A stretch of DNA of 64,000 nucleotides from Candidatus Micrarchaeota archaeon (GCA_964392435.1 CAYMOY010000002.1:247261-311260); one strand, 5' to 3'; positions 42,648 to 52,384 are shown, numbered from the stretch's first letter. Made by a program: numbers and translations. The notes: generated by a model from the sequence alone, not told the origin.

Positions 42648-43640
42648 ATGCCTTTCCTGCAGGGTGCCTCTTCACAGGCAGGCAGCTTTGATATAGCCTT
42701 AGTGGCAGCCACCATCTCAATACTTCTGGGGGGCATACTATTCGGGGTGGGAATGGGGTTCGGCTTGCGCAGGATACGGCTGGCTGGCGCGGAAGAGGTC
42801 GGGCAGGGTATAATCTCCGCTGCCATGGTTGGCGCTCTGATTTCATTCACCCTTCTTTTAGACTCCCTAACTCCTTCGCTTGTGCCGCAAGGCTCAGTCC
42901 CCCAATGCCCTGGCGTCATCGCCCCGACAAGCTCGCCATTTTCCTATTATGAATGCAACCTGCAGGCGCTGTCCGATTCGTTGCAAAGCCTGGGCTCCTC
43001 CCTTTCCCGCTCCGCGGATATATCAGGGTTTGCAGGCTCCCTGCAGGTTTTTGCAGGGGAAATATCCGCGCAGCCATTCTTTGCCCTTCAGTCTGCCTCC
43101 CAGCAGCTTTCTTCCGCTGCGCAGGATTCGCAAGTCCTATCAGCGCTTTCAGCATCGGAGCTTGAGATTGCCGGCGCAGTCCACGCATGCGCCCTATCAA
43201 TCTTCCTCCCGGCTGGCCTAGTGCTGCGCACCTTTTTTGCCACCCGGAGGCTCGGCGCAGCCGCCATGGCGCTTGCGATATCCGCCTACATGGTCTATCC
43301 TCTGCTCTTTTTGCACACCTTTCAAATAAGCAAGGCAAACTCCTCTGCGCAGCAGGCGATTGGCGCAGCCTCGCAATTCAATGCCGCTTTTGCCTCTCTC
43401 CCGCTTCTGGATCTCGAGCAAACAGGGGCGGTTCGGGCAAAAATAAGCGAGATGGCGTCGGGGGATTTTCCAGGCAGGGTGCAGCCCCTGTTCCCGCTTT
43501 CTTTCCGCGCCAACTCGCTTGCTCGGGCAGACCTGCTTTTGTATCCGGCGCTTGCCCTGCTGCTCAGTGCGGTCGCAGCCTTAGAATTCTATCGCCTGCT
43601 TTGCGCCCCCCTGTTTCTCCCCCATTTTGAGCCGATATGA
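42648..43640 (+). CDS. Integral membrane protein with a Ser/Ala/Gln-rich extracytoplasmic loop, hypothetical
   Basis: 330 aa, multiple TM segments (ALVAATISILLGGILFGVGMGFGL...), long S/A/Q-rich loop. Confidence 0.45.
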   Translation: MPFLQGASSQAGSFDIALVAATISILLGGILFGVGMGFGLRRIRLAGAEEVGQGIISAAMVGALISFTLLLDSLTPSLVPQGSVPQCPGVIAPTSSPFSYYECNLQALSDSLQSLGSSLSRSADISGFAGSLQVFAGEISAQPFFALQSASQQLSSAAQDSQVLSALSASELEIAGAVHACALSIFLPAGLVLRTFFATRRLGAAAMALAISAYMVYPLLFLHTFQISKANSSAQQAIGAASQFNAAFASLPLLDLEQTGAVRAKISEMASGDFPGRVQPLFPLSFRANSLARADLLLYPALALLLSAVAALEFYRLLCAPLFLPHFEPI

Positions 43641-43717
43641 TGTTTCATATGGGACATTATGTTGCAAAAGCTCCACAGCATTTTTAACCAAGGTAGTTCA
43701 CAGCCATCCCGATCAAT

Positions 43718-44200
43718 ATGGAACAAATCAAACAGCCCGCTGCGGCTCAAAACCAGCAGAAACAAAAAGTATTCCTGGTGATGACGGTGCTCAAGGACCC
43801 GACCGGGATAGCCTACCGCTTCTTTTCATCTGAAAAGGAGAATCCTGGCGCCTGGCTGGTCAAAGAAGGGCAGATCGCCGCAATCCAAAAGTTCCCAAAA
43901 GAGCTGGAAAGCGATGTATCAGACTGCAAAATCAGCCAGATTGGGGCGATTGATTTTGGCATTTCCGGCCGCAAGGCTTCATTGCAAAGCCTGGAGCAGA
44001 ACGTTTTCTATCCAGGGCAGGGGCCATCATTTGCAGCCAGGGCGCAAAAGCTCGAAAGCGTCATTCTCGACCTGGCAAACAGCCACCTGAAAAAACAGGG
44101 GATATCCTTCTCATCGGTTGCATATGACAAGGAAAATCCGATTCTTGTGCCCGGGCCGCTGGCGGGCCTCAAGCCGGTGCCTGAGCCTTTGATGGCGTAG
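43718..44200 (+). CDS. Hypothetical protein (160 aa)
   Basis: Complete ORF, protein-like, no motif recognised. TATA-like catttttaacc upstream. Confidence 0.4.
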   Translation: MEQIKQPAAAQNQQKQKVFLVMTVLKDPTGIAYRFFSSEKENPGAWLVKEGQIAAIQKFPKELESDVSDCKISQIGAIDFGISGRKASLQSLEQNVFYPGQGPSFAARAQKLESVILDLANSHLKKQGISFSSVAYDKENPILVPGPLAGLKPVPEPLMA

Positions 44201-44212
44201 GTGAAGGTCCCT

Positions 44213-44686
44213 CTAAAATGCCTTTTCCAGCATCGAAAGCGCTTTTTTTATTTTTTCAAATGAAGAATCCATGCGCTGCCTGTATACGTGGGCCAGCCCT
44301 GCAGCCAAATCGTCGTTTTCCTGCATGGGCGAAGGAACGAATCGGTAGCGGCGCTTTTTAGTTTCAATTATCCCAAGCTTTTTCAGCTGCAGCAAATGGT
44401 AACGGACAGCCTTGGGGTTCGGCTCGCCCTTTCTTATCTGGCGCACCTTTTCAAGTATCTGGTGTATGTCCGGGTCGGTGCGCGTCTCCTTCTTCTCGTG
44501 GTGGAAAAAGAGCAGCGCCTCAAGAACCTCCAAAAGCCCGGTTCTTGATTCGCGGGGGGAAATCAGCCCCAGGGAAAGGGCAAGATAGCGCACCAGCCCC
44601 TTGCGCGTGAGCTTGACCTCCTCCGACAGCTGCAATTCGCGCACCAGGCACTCCCCGCGTATCAGCTCGGACTCAGGCATCTCCAT
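44213..44686 (-). CDS. Winged-helix DNA-binding protein (ArsR/TrmB-like), hypothetical regulator
   Basis: 157 aa; HTH-like segment VRYHLLQLKKLGIIETKKRRYRFVP; leaderless relative to the shared TATA. Confidence 0.45.
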   Translation of the reverse strand: MEMPESELIRGECLVRELQLSEEVKLTRKGLVRYLALSLGLISPRESRTGLLEVLEALLFFHHEKKETRTDPDIHQILEKVRQIRKGEPNPKAVRYHLLQLKKLGIIETKKRRYRFVPSPMQENDDLAAGLAHVYRQRMDSSFEKIKKALSMLEKAF

Positions 44687-44705
44687 GTTCTGTGTCTGGG
44701 TGCCA

Positions 44706-44718
44706 AAAGTTAAAAACC
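44706..44718. promoter_or_regulatory. Shared TATA (aaagttaaaaacc) between divergent genes 44686(-) and 44738(+)
   Basis: Centre about 44712, which is 26 nt from each ATG. The start-to-start distance is 52 nt. Confidence 0.45.
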
Positions 44719-44737
44719 GCAGCGTGGATAACAGGGC

Positions 44738-45103
44738 ATGCTCAATCCGTCAACCCATTTCTCCCCAATACGCATGGCAGCCTATGTTAGGAACGAGGTG
44801 GAAATGGAGGTCATTGTTAGGAATGAGGGGGGCCAGCCACGCTGGGTGGAGTGCGATGTTTCCGTGCCAGAAGCGGTTTCTCTTGCGCCAGACCGCTCGC
44901 TTTCAAAGGGGAGGATGCGCATAGGCATTGCTCTTCCAAGCGAAAAAACCAGCAAGAAGATAAAAATCTACGGTGGGGCGAGTTCCTATCCAGACACATA
45001 TCTGGTCAGACTCACGATTTTCGGGTATGGCGCGGATGGGGCAATAGCTGAAAGGTATGACTTGAAGTCCGAGCTTCGCTGCGAGCGGAGCGGAGCCCCC
45101 TAG
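44738..45103 (+). CDS. Hypothetical protein (121 aa)
   Basis: Complete ORF; leaderless relative to TATA 44706-44718. Confidence 0.4.
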   Translation: MLNPSTHFSPIRMAAYVRNEVEMEVIVRNEGGQPRWVECDVSVPEAVSLAPDRSLSKGRMRIGIALPSEKTSKKIKIYGGASSYPDTYLVRLTIFGYGADGAIAERYDLKSELRCERSGAP

Positions 45104-45203
45104 GGCGCTAAAAAACAATCATTCTTAGTTGACAAACCATGCTTGGGGTGTTGGTGCGGCTCCCGCCTTGGCATCCGCATCATTCGAAATCTGAGAAACC
45201 AAT

Positions 45204-45803
45204 TCATATTTTTCTGAGCAAAAGGGGCTCTGCGTGGGACATTATCCTTGAGAAAACCTCATTTTCGCCCGCTGCCGCATCCACAACAGCATATTTGTAT
45301 GATAAAAAGCACCTACCAGACATCTTCAGGTAATTTTTCCTCACAGCTGATAAGAAGCGGGGGTTCTTCTCATGCCTGTCCGGATTTTTCTGCCTTCTTT
45401 TCCTTCTAGCGCCAAGCGCAGGGTCGATGTCTAGGAGCAAAACAAGATCTGGTACGGCCGCGCCCTTGTCCAAAAGCTTCCTTTCCAGCCCGGCGTATCT
45501 TGCGCCCACGCCCTGGTAGGCAAGCGTGGAATGCAGGTACCTGTCGCAGACCACCACAAAGCCAGAGTCAAGCTCACATTTCAGTTTCTTCTGCTGAGCC
45601 ATTATGTCCTGCGCAAACACATCTGCAAGCTTAAGGGGAGGCACCACCTTTTCCTCAGCCAGGTGGGCAAACGCCTCCTTTGCCCGGCTTGTTGGGTATT
45701 TGTGCAACTTGTATTTTACGCGGTGCTGGCGCAGGAAGGAGAGGAACCTGCGTATCTGCGCCCCCTTTCCGGCGCCATCGATGCCTTCGAATACAATGAG
45801 CAT
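45204..45803 (-). CDS. tmk: Thymidylate kinase
   Basis: MLIVFEGIDGAGKGAQI P-loop; DRY/lid region. Start at ATG 45803, leaderless relative to the TATA. The track ORF begins at 45812. Confidence 0.8.
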   Translation of the reverse strand: MLIVFEGIDGAGKGAQIRRFLSFLRQHRVKYKLHKYPTSRAKEAFAHLAEEKVVPPLKLADVFAQDIMAQQKKLKCELDSGFVVVCDRYLHSTLAYQGVGARYAGLERKLLDKGAAVPDLVLLLDIDPALGARRKRRQKNPDRHEKNPRFLSAVRKNYLKMSGRCFLSYKYAVVDAAAGENEVFSRIMSHAEPLLLRKI

Positions 45804-45821
45804 AGTTTGCATTCTCCCGCT

Positions 45822-45833
45822 GCGATTTTAAAG
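45822..45833. promoter_or_regulatory. Shared TATA (gcgattttaaag) between divergent tmk and the epimerase gene
   Basis: Centre about 45828. ATG 45803 (minus) and ATG 45855 (plus) are each about 26 nt away. The start-to-start distance is 52 nt. Confidence 0.45.
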
Positions 45834-45854
45834 AGCTTCCCCCATGTCTTTTCC

Positions 45855-46880
45855 ATGGCATTGGTGCTAGTGACAGGTGCAACCGGCAGGCTAGGCTCCT
45901 CGCTGGTCAATGCGCTTCTTGCCAGGGGGCATTCAGTCAGGGCGGTGGTGCGCCCCCCTTCGCCAGGCGGGCAGCAGGGGGCAGGCGTGCAGCAAGAGGG
46001 GCGGCCCCCAAGTCCAACCGCGGCAGGCTCGCGCCAAAAAACCCTTCCTCCAGGAGTGGAAATAATCGAGTGCGATCTGTCTCAAGCCCCGCTGCCACCA
46101 TCCGCATTCCAAGGGGTGAGTTTCGTGGCTCATGCCGCCGGGCTGGTGGGCGCTCACCATTATGAGAAACTTATGGCCGCAAACGCTTATGCCGTCAAGC
46201 ACCTGCTTTCAAACTGCCCCTCATCTGTGCAAAAAGTGGTGCTGTCAAGCTCAATCTCGGTTTATGGGAATTATGGCGGGCAGCTGGCGGATGAGTCGTT
46301 TGACCTGAAGACAGAAAGCCCGTACGGCAAAAGCAAGCTTATGGCCGAGCAGTTCGCAAAAAGCTACTGCGATTCGCTGCCCATCGTCTTCCTCCGCTTC
46401 GGAATGATCTATGGGCCTGGTTTTGAAGAAGGCTACTTTCCTGTGCTGCGCTATTTGTCGGAGGGCAAAATGATGCTCCTAGGGTCGGCGCAAAACCGCA
46501 TCCCGCTGGTCCATATCAAAGATGCGCTTTCCGCCTTCCTGCTTGCTCTTGACAGGCGCACTTTGCCTTGCCGGGCGTATAACATAGTGGGCGGAGAGCA
46601 GATGACGCAAGAGCAGCTTCTGCGGATGGCGGCATCCGAGCTTGGCGTTCTCCCCCCTCAGAAGCATCTCAGCCCTTCCGCACTTTCGCTTCTCCTCAAA
46701 TTCCAGCGGCTTGCGGGCAAAACCAGCCTGGACCCTGAGAACGTGCGCCAGCTCACGCTGGACCGCGCATATTCTTGCAAAAGGGCGGCATCCGAGCTTG
46801 GCTGGGTGCCCCAAGTAAAAATAGAACAAGGCATGCGCGAAATGGTAAAGCTATATAAAGCCAAAGAGGGGCGAGAATAA
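45855..46880 (+). CDS. NAD-dependent epimerase/dehydratase (extended SDR) family protein, with a Pro/Gly/Gln-rich insertion
   Basis: MALVLVTGATGRLGSSLVNALLARGHSV Rossmann start; YxxxK region (YGKSK). Insertion VRPPSPGGQQGAGVQQEGRPPSPTAAGSRQKTLPPG. The track ORF 45531 overlaps tmk. Confidence 0.75.
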   Translation: MALVLVTGATGRLGSSLVNALLARGHSVRAVVRPPSPGGQQGAGVQQEGRPPSPTAAGSRQKTLPPGVEIIECDLSQAPLPPSAFQGVSFVAHAAGLVGAHHYEKLMAANAYAVKHLLSNCPSSVQKVVLSSSISVYGNYGGQLADESFDLKTESPYGKSKLMAEQFAKSYCDSLPIVFLRFGMIYGPGFEEGYFPVLRYLSEGKMMLLGSAQNRIPLVHIKDALSAFLLALDRRTLPCRAYNIVGGEQMTQEQLLRMAASELGVLPPQKHLSPSALSLLLKFQRLAGKTSLDPENVRQLTLDRAYSCKRAASELGWVPQVKIEQGMREMVKLYKAKEGRE

Positions 46881-46881
46881 C

Positions 46882-47658
46882 GTGATTTCCATGGGCAAAG
46901 TGGAGGAATACATAAAAGATGGAATTGCGCGCAAGGGCGGCCTGCTTTTCGCGCTGATCGACCCTGTGGACTACAAGACGCCGCAAGAGGCAATTTCAGC
47001 CGGCGCGCAGTCAGGGGAGGGCGGGGCAGACATATTGCTAATCGGGGGCAGCATGGGCGCGCAGGGGGAACTTCTGGACGCAGTCACCAAGGGCATACGG
47101 GAAAAGGTGAGCGTGCCGGTGGTGCTTTTCCCAGGGAACATTTCCACAGTCACCCGCCATGCGGATGCGCTTTATTTCATGTCTCTTCTGAACAGCCGCA
47201 ATCCCTATTGGATAAGCCAGGCGCAGATGCTTGCAGCCCCTACTGTGAAAAAGATGGGCATAGAGGCGCTGCCCGTCGGCTACATAGTCATAGAGCCGGG
47301 CGGCACGGTGGGCTTTGTGGGCGAGGTGAACCTTATTCCTCGCGACAGGCCGCAAATAGCGGCCGCGTTCGCATTGTCTGCCCAGATGTCCGGACACCGT
47401 TTCATCCTCACCGACAGCGGCAGCAACCCGCGCACTGGCCACATGCCCCTTGAAATGGTTTCTGCGGTTGCAAAATCAATTTCCGTGCCTTACATAGTGG
47501 GCGGCGGTGTGCGCACCCCCTCAGAGGCGGCTTCGGTAATTTCGGCTGGCGCAGGGGCAATACAGGTTGGCACTGCCCTTGAGAAAGGGGGCGATGTGAA
47601 AAAAAAGGTCTGCCAGCTCGCAAAAGCAATCCACGAGGCAGGGAAGAAAAAGGTTTAG
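46882..47658 (+). CDS. Geranylgeranylglyceryl phosphate synthase (PcrB/GGGPS family)
   Basis: LLFALIDPVDYK...GADILLIGGSMG...IVGGGVRTPSEA is the (βα)8 PcrB pattern; 258 aa. GTG 46882 or ATG 46891. Confidence 0.75.
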   Translation: MISMGKVEEYIKDGIARKGGLLFALIDPVDYKTPQEAISAGAQSGEGGADILLIGGSMGAQGELLDAVTKGIREKVSVPVVLFPGNISTVTRHADALYFMSLLNSRNPYWISQAQMLAAPTVKKMGIEALPVGYIVIEPGGTVGFVGEVNLIPRDRPQIAAAFALSAQMSGHRFILTDSGSNPRTGHMPLEMVSAVAKSISVPYIVGGGVRTPSEAASVISAGAGAIQVGTALEKGGDVKKKVCQLAKAIHEAGKKKV

Positions 47659-47666
47659 GGGATAGG

Positions 47667-48272
47667 ATGCCCCAAACGGTTTCTCTTGCAAAAGATTATG
47701 ACGTGGCGCTAGCCCAAGCAAAGCGCGTTCTTCTTGCGGGCGGCACAGTGGTTTACCCGACAGACACACTATATGGAATCGGCTGCGATGCCACCTCTGC
47801 AAAAGCAGTTGAAAAAATCTATGCGCTCAAGCGCCGCGATGGGCGAAAACCGCTCTCCATACTCGTTTCTGACTATGCAATGCTCCTGCAATACTGCGAA
47901 GTTTCAGCCGCGCAGGAGCGGATACTGCACGCGCTGCTCCCCGGCCCCTACACATTCATCCTTCAGCTCAAAAAGCGCCTCCCAGTATCTGAAACGTCCT
48001 CGGTCGGCGTGCGCGTGCCTGAGCACATTTTCATGCGACAGGTGAGCAAGGAGCTGAACATCCCGATTGTTTCAACCTCTGCAAACCTGTCTGGGGAAAA
48101 GGACGCTGCAAAGCTTTCTGGCGTGAACAAGGAAATTTGCGGCAAGGCAGACCTCGTCATAGATGGCGGGAAGTGCGCCTACGCGCAAGGCTCAACGGTA
48201 ATAGACCTTCTCCACATGAAGGTGCTGCGAAAAGGCGCGGTCCGGGAAGGCGACAGATTCGAGCTGGAGTAG
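47667..48272 (+). CDS. tsaC: L-threonylcarbamoyladenylate synthase (YrdC/Sua5 domain; t6A biosynthesis)
   Basis: LLAGGTVVYPTDTLYGIGCDATS...PLSILVSDY...VSTSANLSGE is the YrdC signature; 201 aa. Confidence 0.8.
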   Translation: MPQTVSLAKDYDVALAQAKRVLLAGGTVVYPTDTLYGIGCDATSAKAVEKIYALKRRDGRKPLSILVSDYAMLLQYCEVSAAQERILHALLPGPYTFILQLKKRLPVSETSSVGVRVPEHIFMRQVSKELNIPIVSTSANLSGEKDAAKLSGVNKEICGKADLVIDGGKCAYAQGSTVIDLLHMKVLRKGAVREGDRFELE

Positions 48273-48279
48273 CGGTGCC

Positions 48280-48897
48280 ATGCGCGAAATTTCCTTTGGT
48301 TCATTGCGCCTGGGTATATCCCCCACGGTCTACGAGCCTGCGGAGGATTCCTTTCTCCTTGCGACATACGCCTCGGGAATAACTGGCGGCAAGCGGATTC
48401 TTGAAATAGGCTGCGGATGCGGCATAGCGGCGATTTCTTCAGCGGCAGCCAGCCCCAAAAACATTGTTTTGGGCGTGGACATCAATCCAGCGGCGGTGGG
48501 GTGCGCGAAGGAAAATGCAGAAAGGAACGGCATAAGGAATTGCAAATTCTTCGCATCAGACCTTTTTTCAGCAGTTTTGCCATCCCCAAAATTCGACTTC
48601 ATCCTTTTCAATCCGCCCTACCTGCCAACCTCGCGCGAGGAAAAGCTCGCGCTTGAAGGCGAAAACGCTGCATATGACGGGGGGGAGTCGGGTCTGGAAA
48701 TATTCTTGCGGTTTGCCGCGCAAGCCCCAAAACATCTCGTTCCAGGCGGAAATGTCTCGGTCATTGCAACCTCCCTTGGCGATGGGATAAAAAAGTCGCA
48801 GGAAGAATTGGGGGTGCGAGTCGGGCCGGCGCAGGTTTTGGCGCAGGAAAGCTTCTTTTTCGAGAAAATCGCGCTTATCGAGGCAACCAAGCGGTGA
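48280..48897 (+). CDS. HemK/PrmC-like N5-glutamine methyltransferase (archaeal Mtq2-type)
   Basis: SAM motif ILEIGCGCGIAAI and NPPY motif ILFNPPYLPTS; 205 aa. Confidence 0.75.
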   Translation: MREISFGSLRLGISPTVYEPAEDSFLLATYASGITGGKRILEIGCGCGIAAISSAAASPKNIVLGVDINPAAVGCAKENAERNGIRNCKFFASDLFSAVLPSPKFDFILFNPPYLPTSREEKLALEGENAAYDGGESGLEIFLRFAAQAPKHLVPGGNVSVIATSLGDGIKKSQEELGVRVGPAQVLAQESFFFEKIALIEATKR

Positions 48898-48901
48898 TTG
48901 G

Positions 48902-49738
48902 ATGAACAGAATCGCAATCCAAAAAATATCTGGGGGGAAGGGCAAGAAAGCCCAGCCACCCCTAAAGACAGCGGTGCCCCCTTCAAACCAGCGTTTCCGC
49001 GTGGTGCTTGTAGAACCAGAATACGGGCTGAATGTCGGGGCGGTTGCCAGGGCAATGAAAAACTTCGGCTTTTCAGACCTTGCCATCGTATCCCCCAAAT
49101 GCGACCCCCTCGGATTTGATGCTATAAAATACTCAAAGCACGCAAGGGAAATACTGGAAAGGGCCAAAACCTTCCATTCACTTTCGAAGGCAATATCCGG
49201 CTGCAGGTTTTCAGTTGGGACAACCGGCGTGCTTTATCGCCATTGGCACGAAACCTTCAGGACACCAATCTCGCTTCGTGATTTGAAGGCTAAGCTTCAA
49301 AGGGGGCAAATGGGCAAAATAGCCTTAGTGTTCGGAAACGAGGGGGTCGGGCTGTCAGAAAAGCACATTTCGGCATGCGACCTGATAGTCACAATACCTG
49401 CCAACAAGGAATACCCCATACTCAACCTGAGCCATTCGGTTGCAATCGTGCTCTATGAGCTTTCCAGCCTGCCAGTCCTTGGGTTCACCCCGGCTGGCGT
49501 GGAAGAGAAAAAGCAGCTGATAAAGGCGTTTTCACTTCTGGTTGCCAGATATTCAAAAATAATGCGCAACCCGAAAAAGGTGAGGGTGGCTTTCAGGCGG
49601 ATGGTGGGCAAGGCAATGCTCACAGACAAGGAGTGCGCCTCTGTGCTGGGTGTCCTGCGCAGGGCCAATAGGGAGCTTGGGGAAAAGTGCGGCAGGACAA
49701 GCTCGCGCCTGGCAGATGGCGCCGCCATCAAACCCTAG
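48902..49738 (+). CDS. SPOUT-class RNA methyltransferase (TrmH/SpoU family)
   Basis: FRVVLVEPEYGLNVGAVARAMKNFGFSDLAIVSP...LVFGNEGVGLS are SpoU motifs; 278 aa. Confidence 0.7.
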   Translation: MNRIAIQKISGGKGKKAQPPLKTAVPPSNQRFRVVLVEPEYGLNVGAVARAMKNFGFSDLAIVSPKCDPLGFDAIKYSKHAREILERAKTFHSLSKAISGCRFSVGTTGVLYRHWHETFRTPISLRDLKAKLQRGQMGKIALVFGNEGVGLSEKHISACDLIVTIPANKEYPILNLSHSVAIVLYELSSLPVLGFTPAGVEEKKQLIKAFSLLVARYSKIMRNPKKVRVAFRRMVGKAMLTDKECASVLGVLRRANRELGEKCGRTSSRLADGAAIKP

Positions 49739-49832
49739 CGCTGGCGCGTTGCCTTGCGAACAGGCAGGTCTTAGTCCAAAACCGCCCTGCTTGCGCTGAT
49801 GATAATGGAAAATGAGAGATGTGCGCCTATCC

Positions 49833-50201
49833 CTACCTCTTCCGGCTGCTCTTGACAATCTTCACTTTTGAAGGAGTGAGCAATATCTTGTCATTGTCAA
49901 TCCTTGCGATGTCGCCGTTTATCTTTGTGACGAACATCTTGATGTTGTCAATGGTCTGCTTGAGCTTATTTGGCTGCTTGCTCATCGGCGTGACGTTGAG
50001 CAATATGATGTTCTTCGCCTTCAACTCGTCCATGATAGTGCTAACATCGTTTTCCGTTTCCAGCGCAATCGGCTTGACATAGAAATCCGCCGCCTCGTGG
50101 AGCACGTCGACATTTTCCATCTCGACGGTGTTCATGTACTCCTCAAGGTTCATTTCCTTGCCCACTCCGATGCTCTTGGTTATCTTTTCGAGAATGCCCA
50201 T
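49833..50201 (-). CDS. sepF: Cell-division protein SepF homolog (DUF552)
   Basis: FYVKPIALETENDVSTIMDELKAKNIILLNV; 122 aa. Confidence 0.6.
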   Translation of the reverse strand: MGILEKITKSIGVGKEMNLEEYMNTVEMENVDVLHEAADFYVKPIALETENDVSTIMDELKAKNIILLNVTPMSKQPNKLKQTIDNIKMFVTKINGDIARIDNDKILLTPSKVKIVKSSRKR

Positions 50202-50312
50202 CTTCTCACCTCAGTAATAGTGGACTGTTATTCGGAGTATAGGTTAATAAGGCTTATTCTTCCCATCAAAATTCCCTGCCACAGTCGGAAAAAAGGCAGG
50301 CAAGGCGCTGCG

Positions 50313-51584
50313 ATGTCACCATCTTTTTCCGAAATCCTCAACAAGCCAACGGTCTTTGCCGACCGCAACGTGCTCTCCCCCCACTATGTGCCGGAAACCC
50401 TGCCATTCCGAGAGGCTGAAATCCGCAAGATAATGGAGGGGGTGTCCCCAGCGCTGAAAGGCGAGCGGCCGCGCAACATGTTCTTGTATGGCAAGACTGG
50501 CACTGGCAAAACCGCATCGGTAAAGCACGTGGTTTCCAAGTTTGATGTGCACAACACCGCTGCCAGCAAGGCCGGCGGTGCTCCCAGCACCTCCAGGGTG
50601 GCGGGGAACGCAGGCCTGGCTCGCGCGGTATACATCAATTGCCGAATGTACAACTCCCGCTACCGCGTTATACAGAAAATAACCAAGGAGCTTTTGCCCG
50701 AGCTTGATTCAATGGGCTTCGGGCTCGCAATGCTCTACGAGAAGATGAGCGGCGAAGTGCTGAGCAGGAAGCTGCATCTCATCGCCGTTCTTGATGAGGT
50801 GGACATGGTAAAGGACCTGGACGACCTCCTCTACACGCTCACCCGCTCCAACGACGAGCTTCCCGCAGGCAGCATCTCGATAATCGGGATTTCCAACAGG
50901 CTCTCCTTCAAGGAGCAGCTCGACCCCCGCTCGCGAAGCTCGCTTTGCGAAAACGAGTTTGTCTTCCCGTCTTACACCGCTCCCCAGATGCAGGCAATAC
51001 TGGAGCAGCGGGTGAAAATCGGTTTCAAGCCGCACACTGTGGAGGAGGGGGCGATAAACCTCATAGCAGCCACCACGTCGCAGGAATCGGGCGATGCGCG
51101 CTATGCTTTGCGGCTGCTTATCAAGTCCGGCGAAATAGCTGATGAAAAAGGGCAGAAGAAGATAACAGACAAGGAAGTGGAGGATGCGCGCCGCTCGGTG
51201 GACAGAGATGTCGCCTTCGAGGCTATTTCCACCCTTCCTGACCACCAGCAACTGGTGCTTCTCGGGGTCGCCAATCTTGCCCTTGACAAGGGCAAGAACA
51301 CGCGCCTGACTGGGGGCTCGCCTGAGGAAGACGACTCATTCCTCACCTCGGGCGAGGTGTATGAGGAGTATTGCAAAGTGGCGCGCAGGTACCGCAAGCC
51401 CCGCCGCTCCGCCCGCTGGTACCGGGAGTACCTCAACGACCTTGAAATGCTCGGGCTGATAACCACTATAGAATCTGGGGTGGGGATGCGGGGCCGCACG
51501 CGCCTCATCCGCATAGGCTACCCGGCGCAGGATGTTAAGAAAATAGTGGAAAAGAATTTCACGATAATAGAGGCAAAGGAGTAG
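50313..51584 (+). CDS. cdc6: Orc1/Cdc6 replication initiator
   Basis: NMFLYGKTGTGKTASVKHV Walker A; AVLDEVD Walker B; C-terminal winged helix. ATG 50313; the track ORF 50097 overlaps sepF. Confidence 0.9.
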   Translation: MSPSFSEILNKPTVFADRNVLSPHYVPETLPFREAEIRKIMEGVSPALKGERPRNMFLYGKTGTGKTASVKHVVSKFDVHNTAASKAGGAPSTSRVAGNAGLARAVYINCRMYNSRYRVIQKITKELLPELDSMGFGLAMLYEKMSGEVLSRKLHLIAVLDEVDMVKDLDDLLYTLTRSNDELPAGSISIIGISNRLSFKEQLDPRSRSSLCENEFVFPSYTAPQMQAILEQRVKIGFKPHTVEEGAINLIAATTSQESGDARYALRLLIKSGEIADEKGQKKITDKEVEDARRSVDRDVAFEAISTLPDHQQLVLLGVANLALDKGKNTRLTGGSPEEDDSFLTSGEVYEEYCKVARRYRKPRRSARWYREYLNDLEMLGLITTIESGVGMRGRTRLIRIGYPAQDVKKIVEKNFTIIEAKE

Positions 51585-51590
51585 GTTCTA

Positions 51591-52118
51591 ATGCCGGCAA
51601 GCTTGGATGAAAAAACATTTTCCCTCCTGTTCGAGTCACTCAGCCTCAAGAAGCTTCCCCGCATGGGCTGGCTTATCGAGAAAGCCCCGCACGAGTCATT
51701 GGCAGACCATTCCTTCGGGGCAGCAATAATAGCCCTTGCGCTTGCAAGGATGGAAAAATTGCCTGCGAACGATGAGGCGGCCCTTATCCGCCGCGCCCTT
51801 CTCCACGATTTGCACGAGGCCCGCGTGGGCGACCTCTCACGGCTCCAGCGCCAGTATGTGAAGGCCGATTATTTGAGGGCTGAACAGGAAATGCTTGAAG
51901 GGACGCACCTGGAACCTGAGATAGGGCTTCTCAAGGATGAACAGCTGGCGCTTCTGTCCCACGATGCGGACAAGCTGGACATGCTTTTCCAGGCAATAGA
52001 TTACCTGAACGCTGGCAACCGCAACATGTCTCGGTTCATAGAAGCTGCGCTAGAGCAGATAAAATCCAATTCTGGCAAGAAGCTGGCGAAAATGGCCCTG
52101 GGGAAGATGAAAAAATAG
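51591..52118 (+). CDS. HD-domain phosphohydrolase (YfbR-like 5'-deoxynucleotidase family)
   Basis: HSFGAAIIALALA...LLHDLHEARVGD contains the H...HD motif; 175 aa. Confidence 0.7.
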   Translation: MPASLDEKTFSLLFESLSLKKLPRMGWLIEKAPHESLADHSFGAAIIALALARMEKLPANDEAALIRRALLHDLHEARVGDLSRLQRQYVKADYLRAEQEMLEGTHLEPEIGLLKDEQLALLSHDADKLDMLFQAIDYLNAGNRNMSRFIEAALEQIKSNSGKKLAKMALGKMKK

Positions 52119-52128
52119 GTGCGGGCAG

Positions 52129-52383
52129 ATGGAAATAAGGGAGGCAATCGGCTTTGCTGCCGCCTTTACAACGGCAATAGGCTTTGCCCCGAAGGTCATT
52201 TCTGTCTGGAAAAAGCGCTCTGCGAAGGACATCAGCTGGTGGCTGCTTTCAGTTTTTGCCGCCGATGTGGCTCTTTGGTTCGCTTATGGGTATATGATTT
52301 GGAGCTTGCCGACCATGGTGGCTTCAGCGCTTGTGGGAGCTTTTGTCTTTGAGTTGGCTCTGATAAAGGCGAAATACGGTTGA
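52129..52383 (+). CDS. Small 3-TM membrane protein, PQ-loop/SemiSWEET-like (inference)
   Basis: 84 aa. GFAPKVISVWKKRSAKDISWWLL resembles a PQ-loop repeat. Three hydrophobic segments. Confidence 0.4.
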   Translation: MEIREAIGFAAAFTTAIGFAPKVISVWKKRSAKDISWWLLSVFAADVALWFAYGYMIWSLPTMVASALVGAFVFELALIKAKYG

Positions 52384-52384
52384 C

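Noticed and set aside
45531-45854. Upstream extension of the epimerase ORF
   Set aside because: It overlaps tmk on the opposite strand. The Rossmann N-terminus begins at ATG 45855, which is also 26 nt from the shared TATA.
50097-50312. Upstream extension of the orc1/cdc6 ORF
   Set aside because: It overlaps sepF on the opposite strand. The Cdc6 homology begins at MSPSF (ATG 50313).
50202-50312. Origin of replication directly upstream of orc1/cdc6
   Set aside because: The 110-bp sepF-cdc6 intergenic region is not notably AT-rich and shows no ORB-like repeats. The better origin candidate is at 5127-5282.
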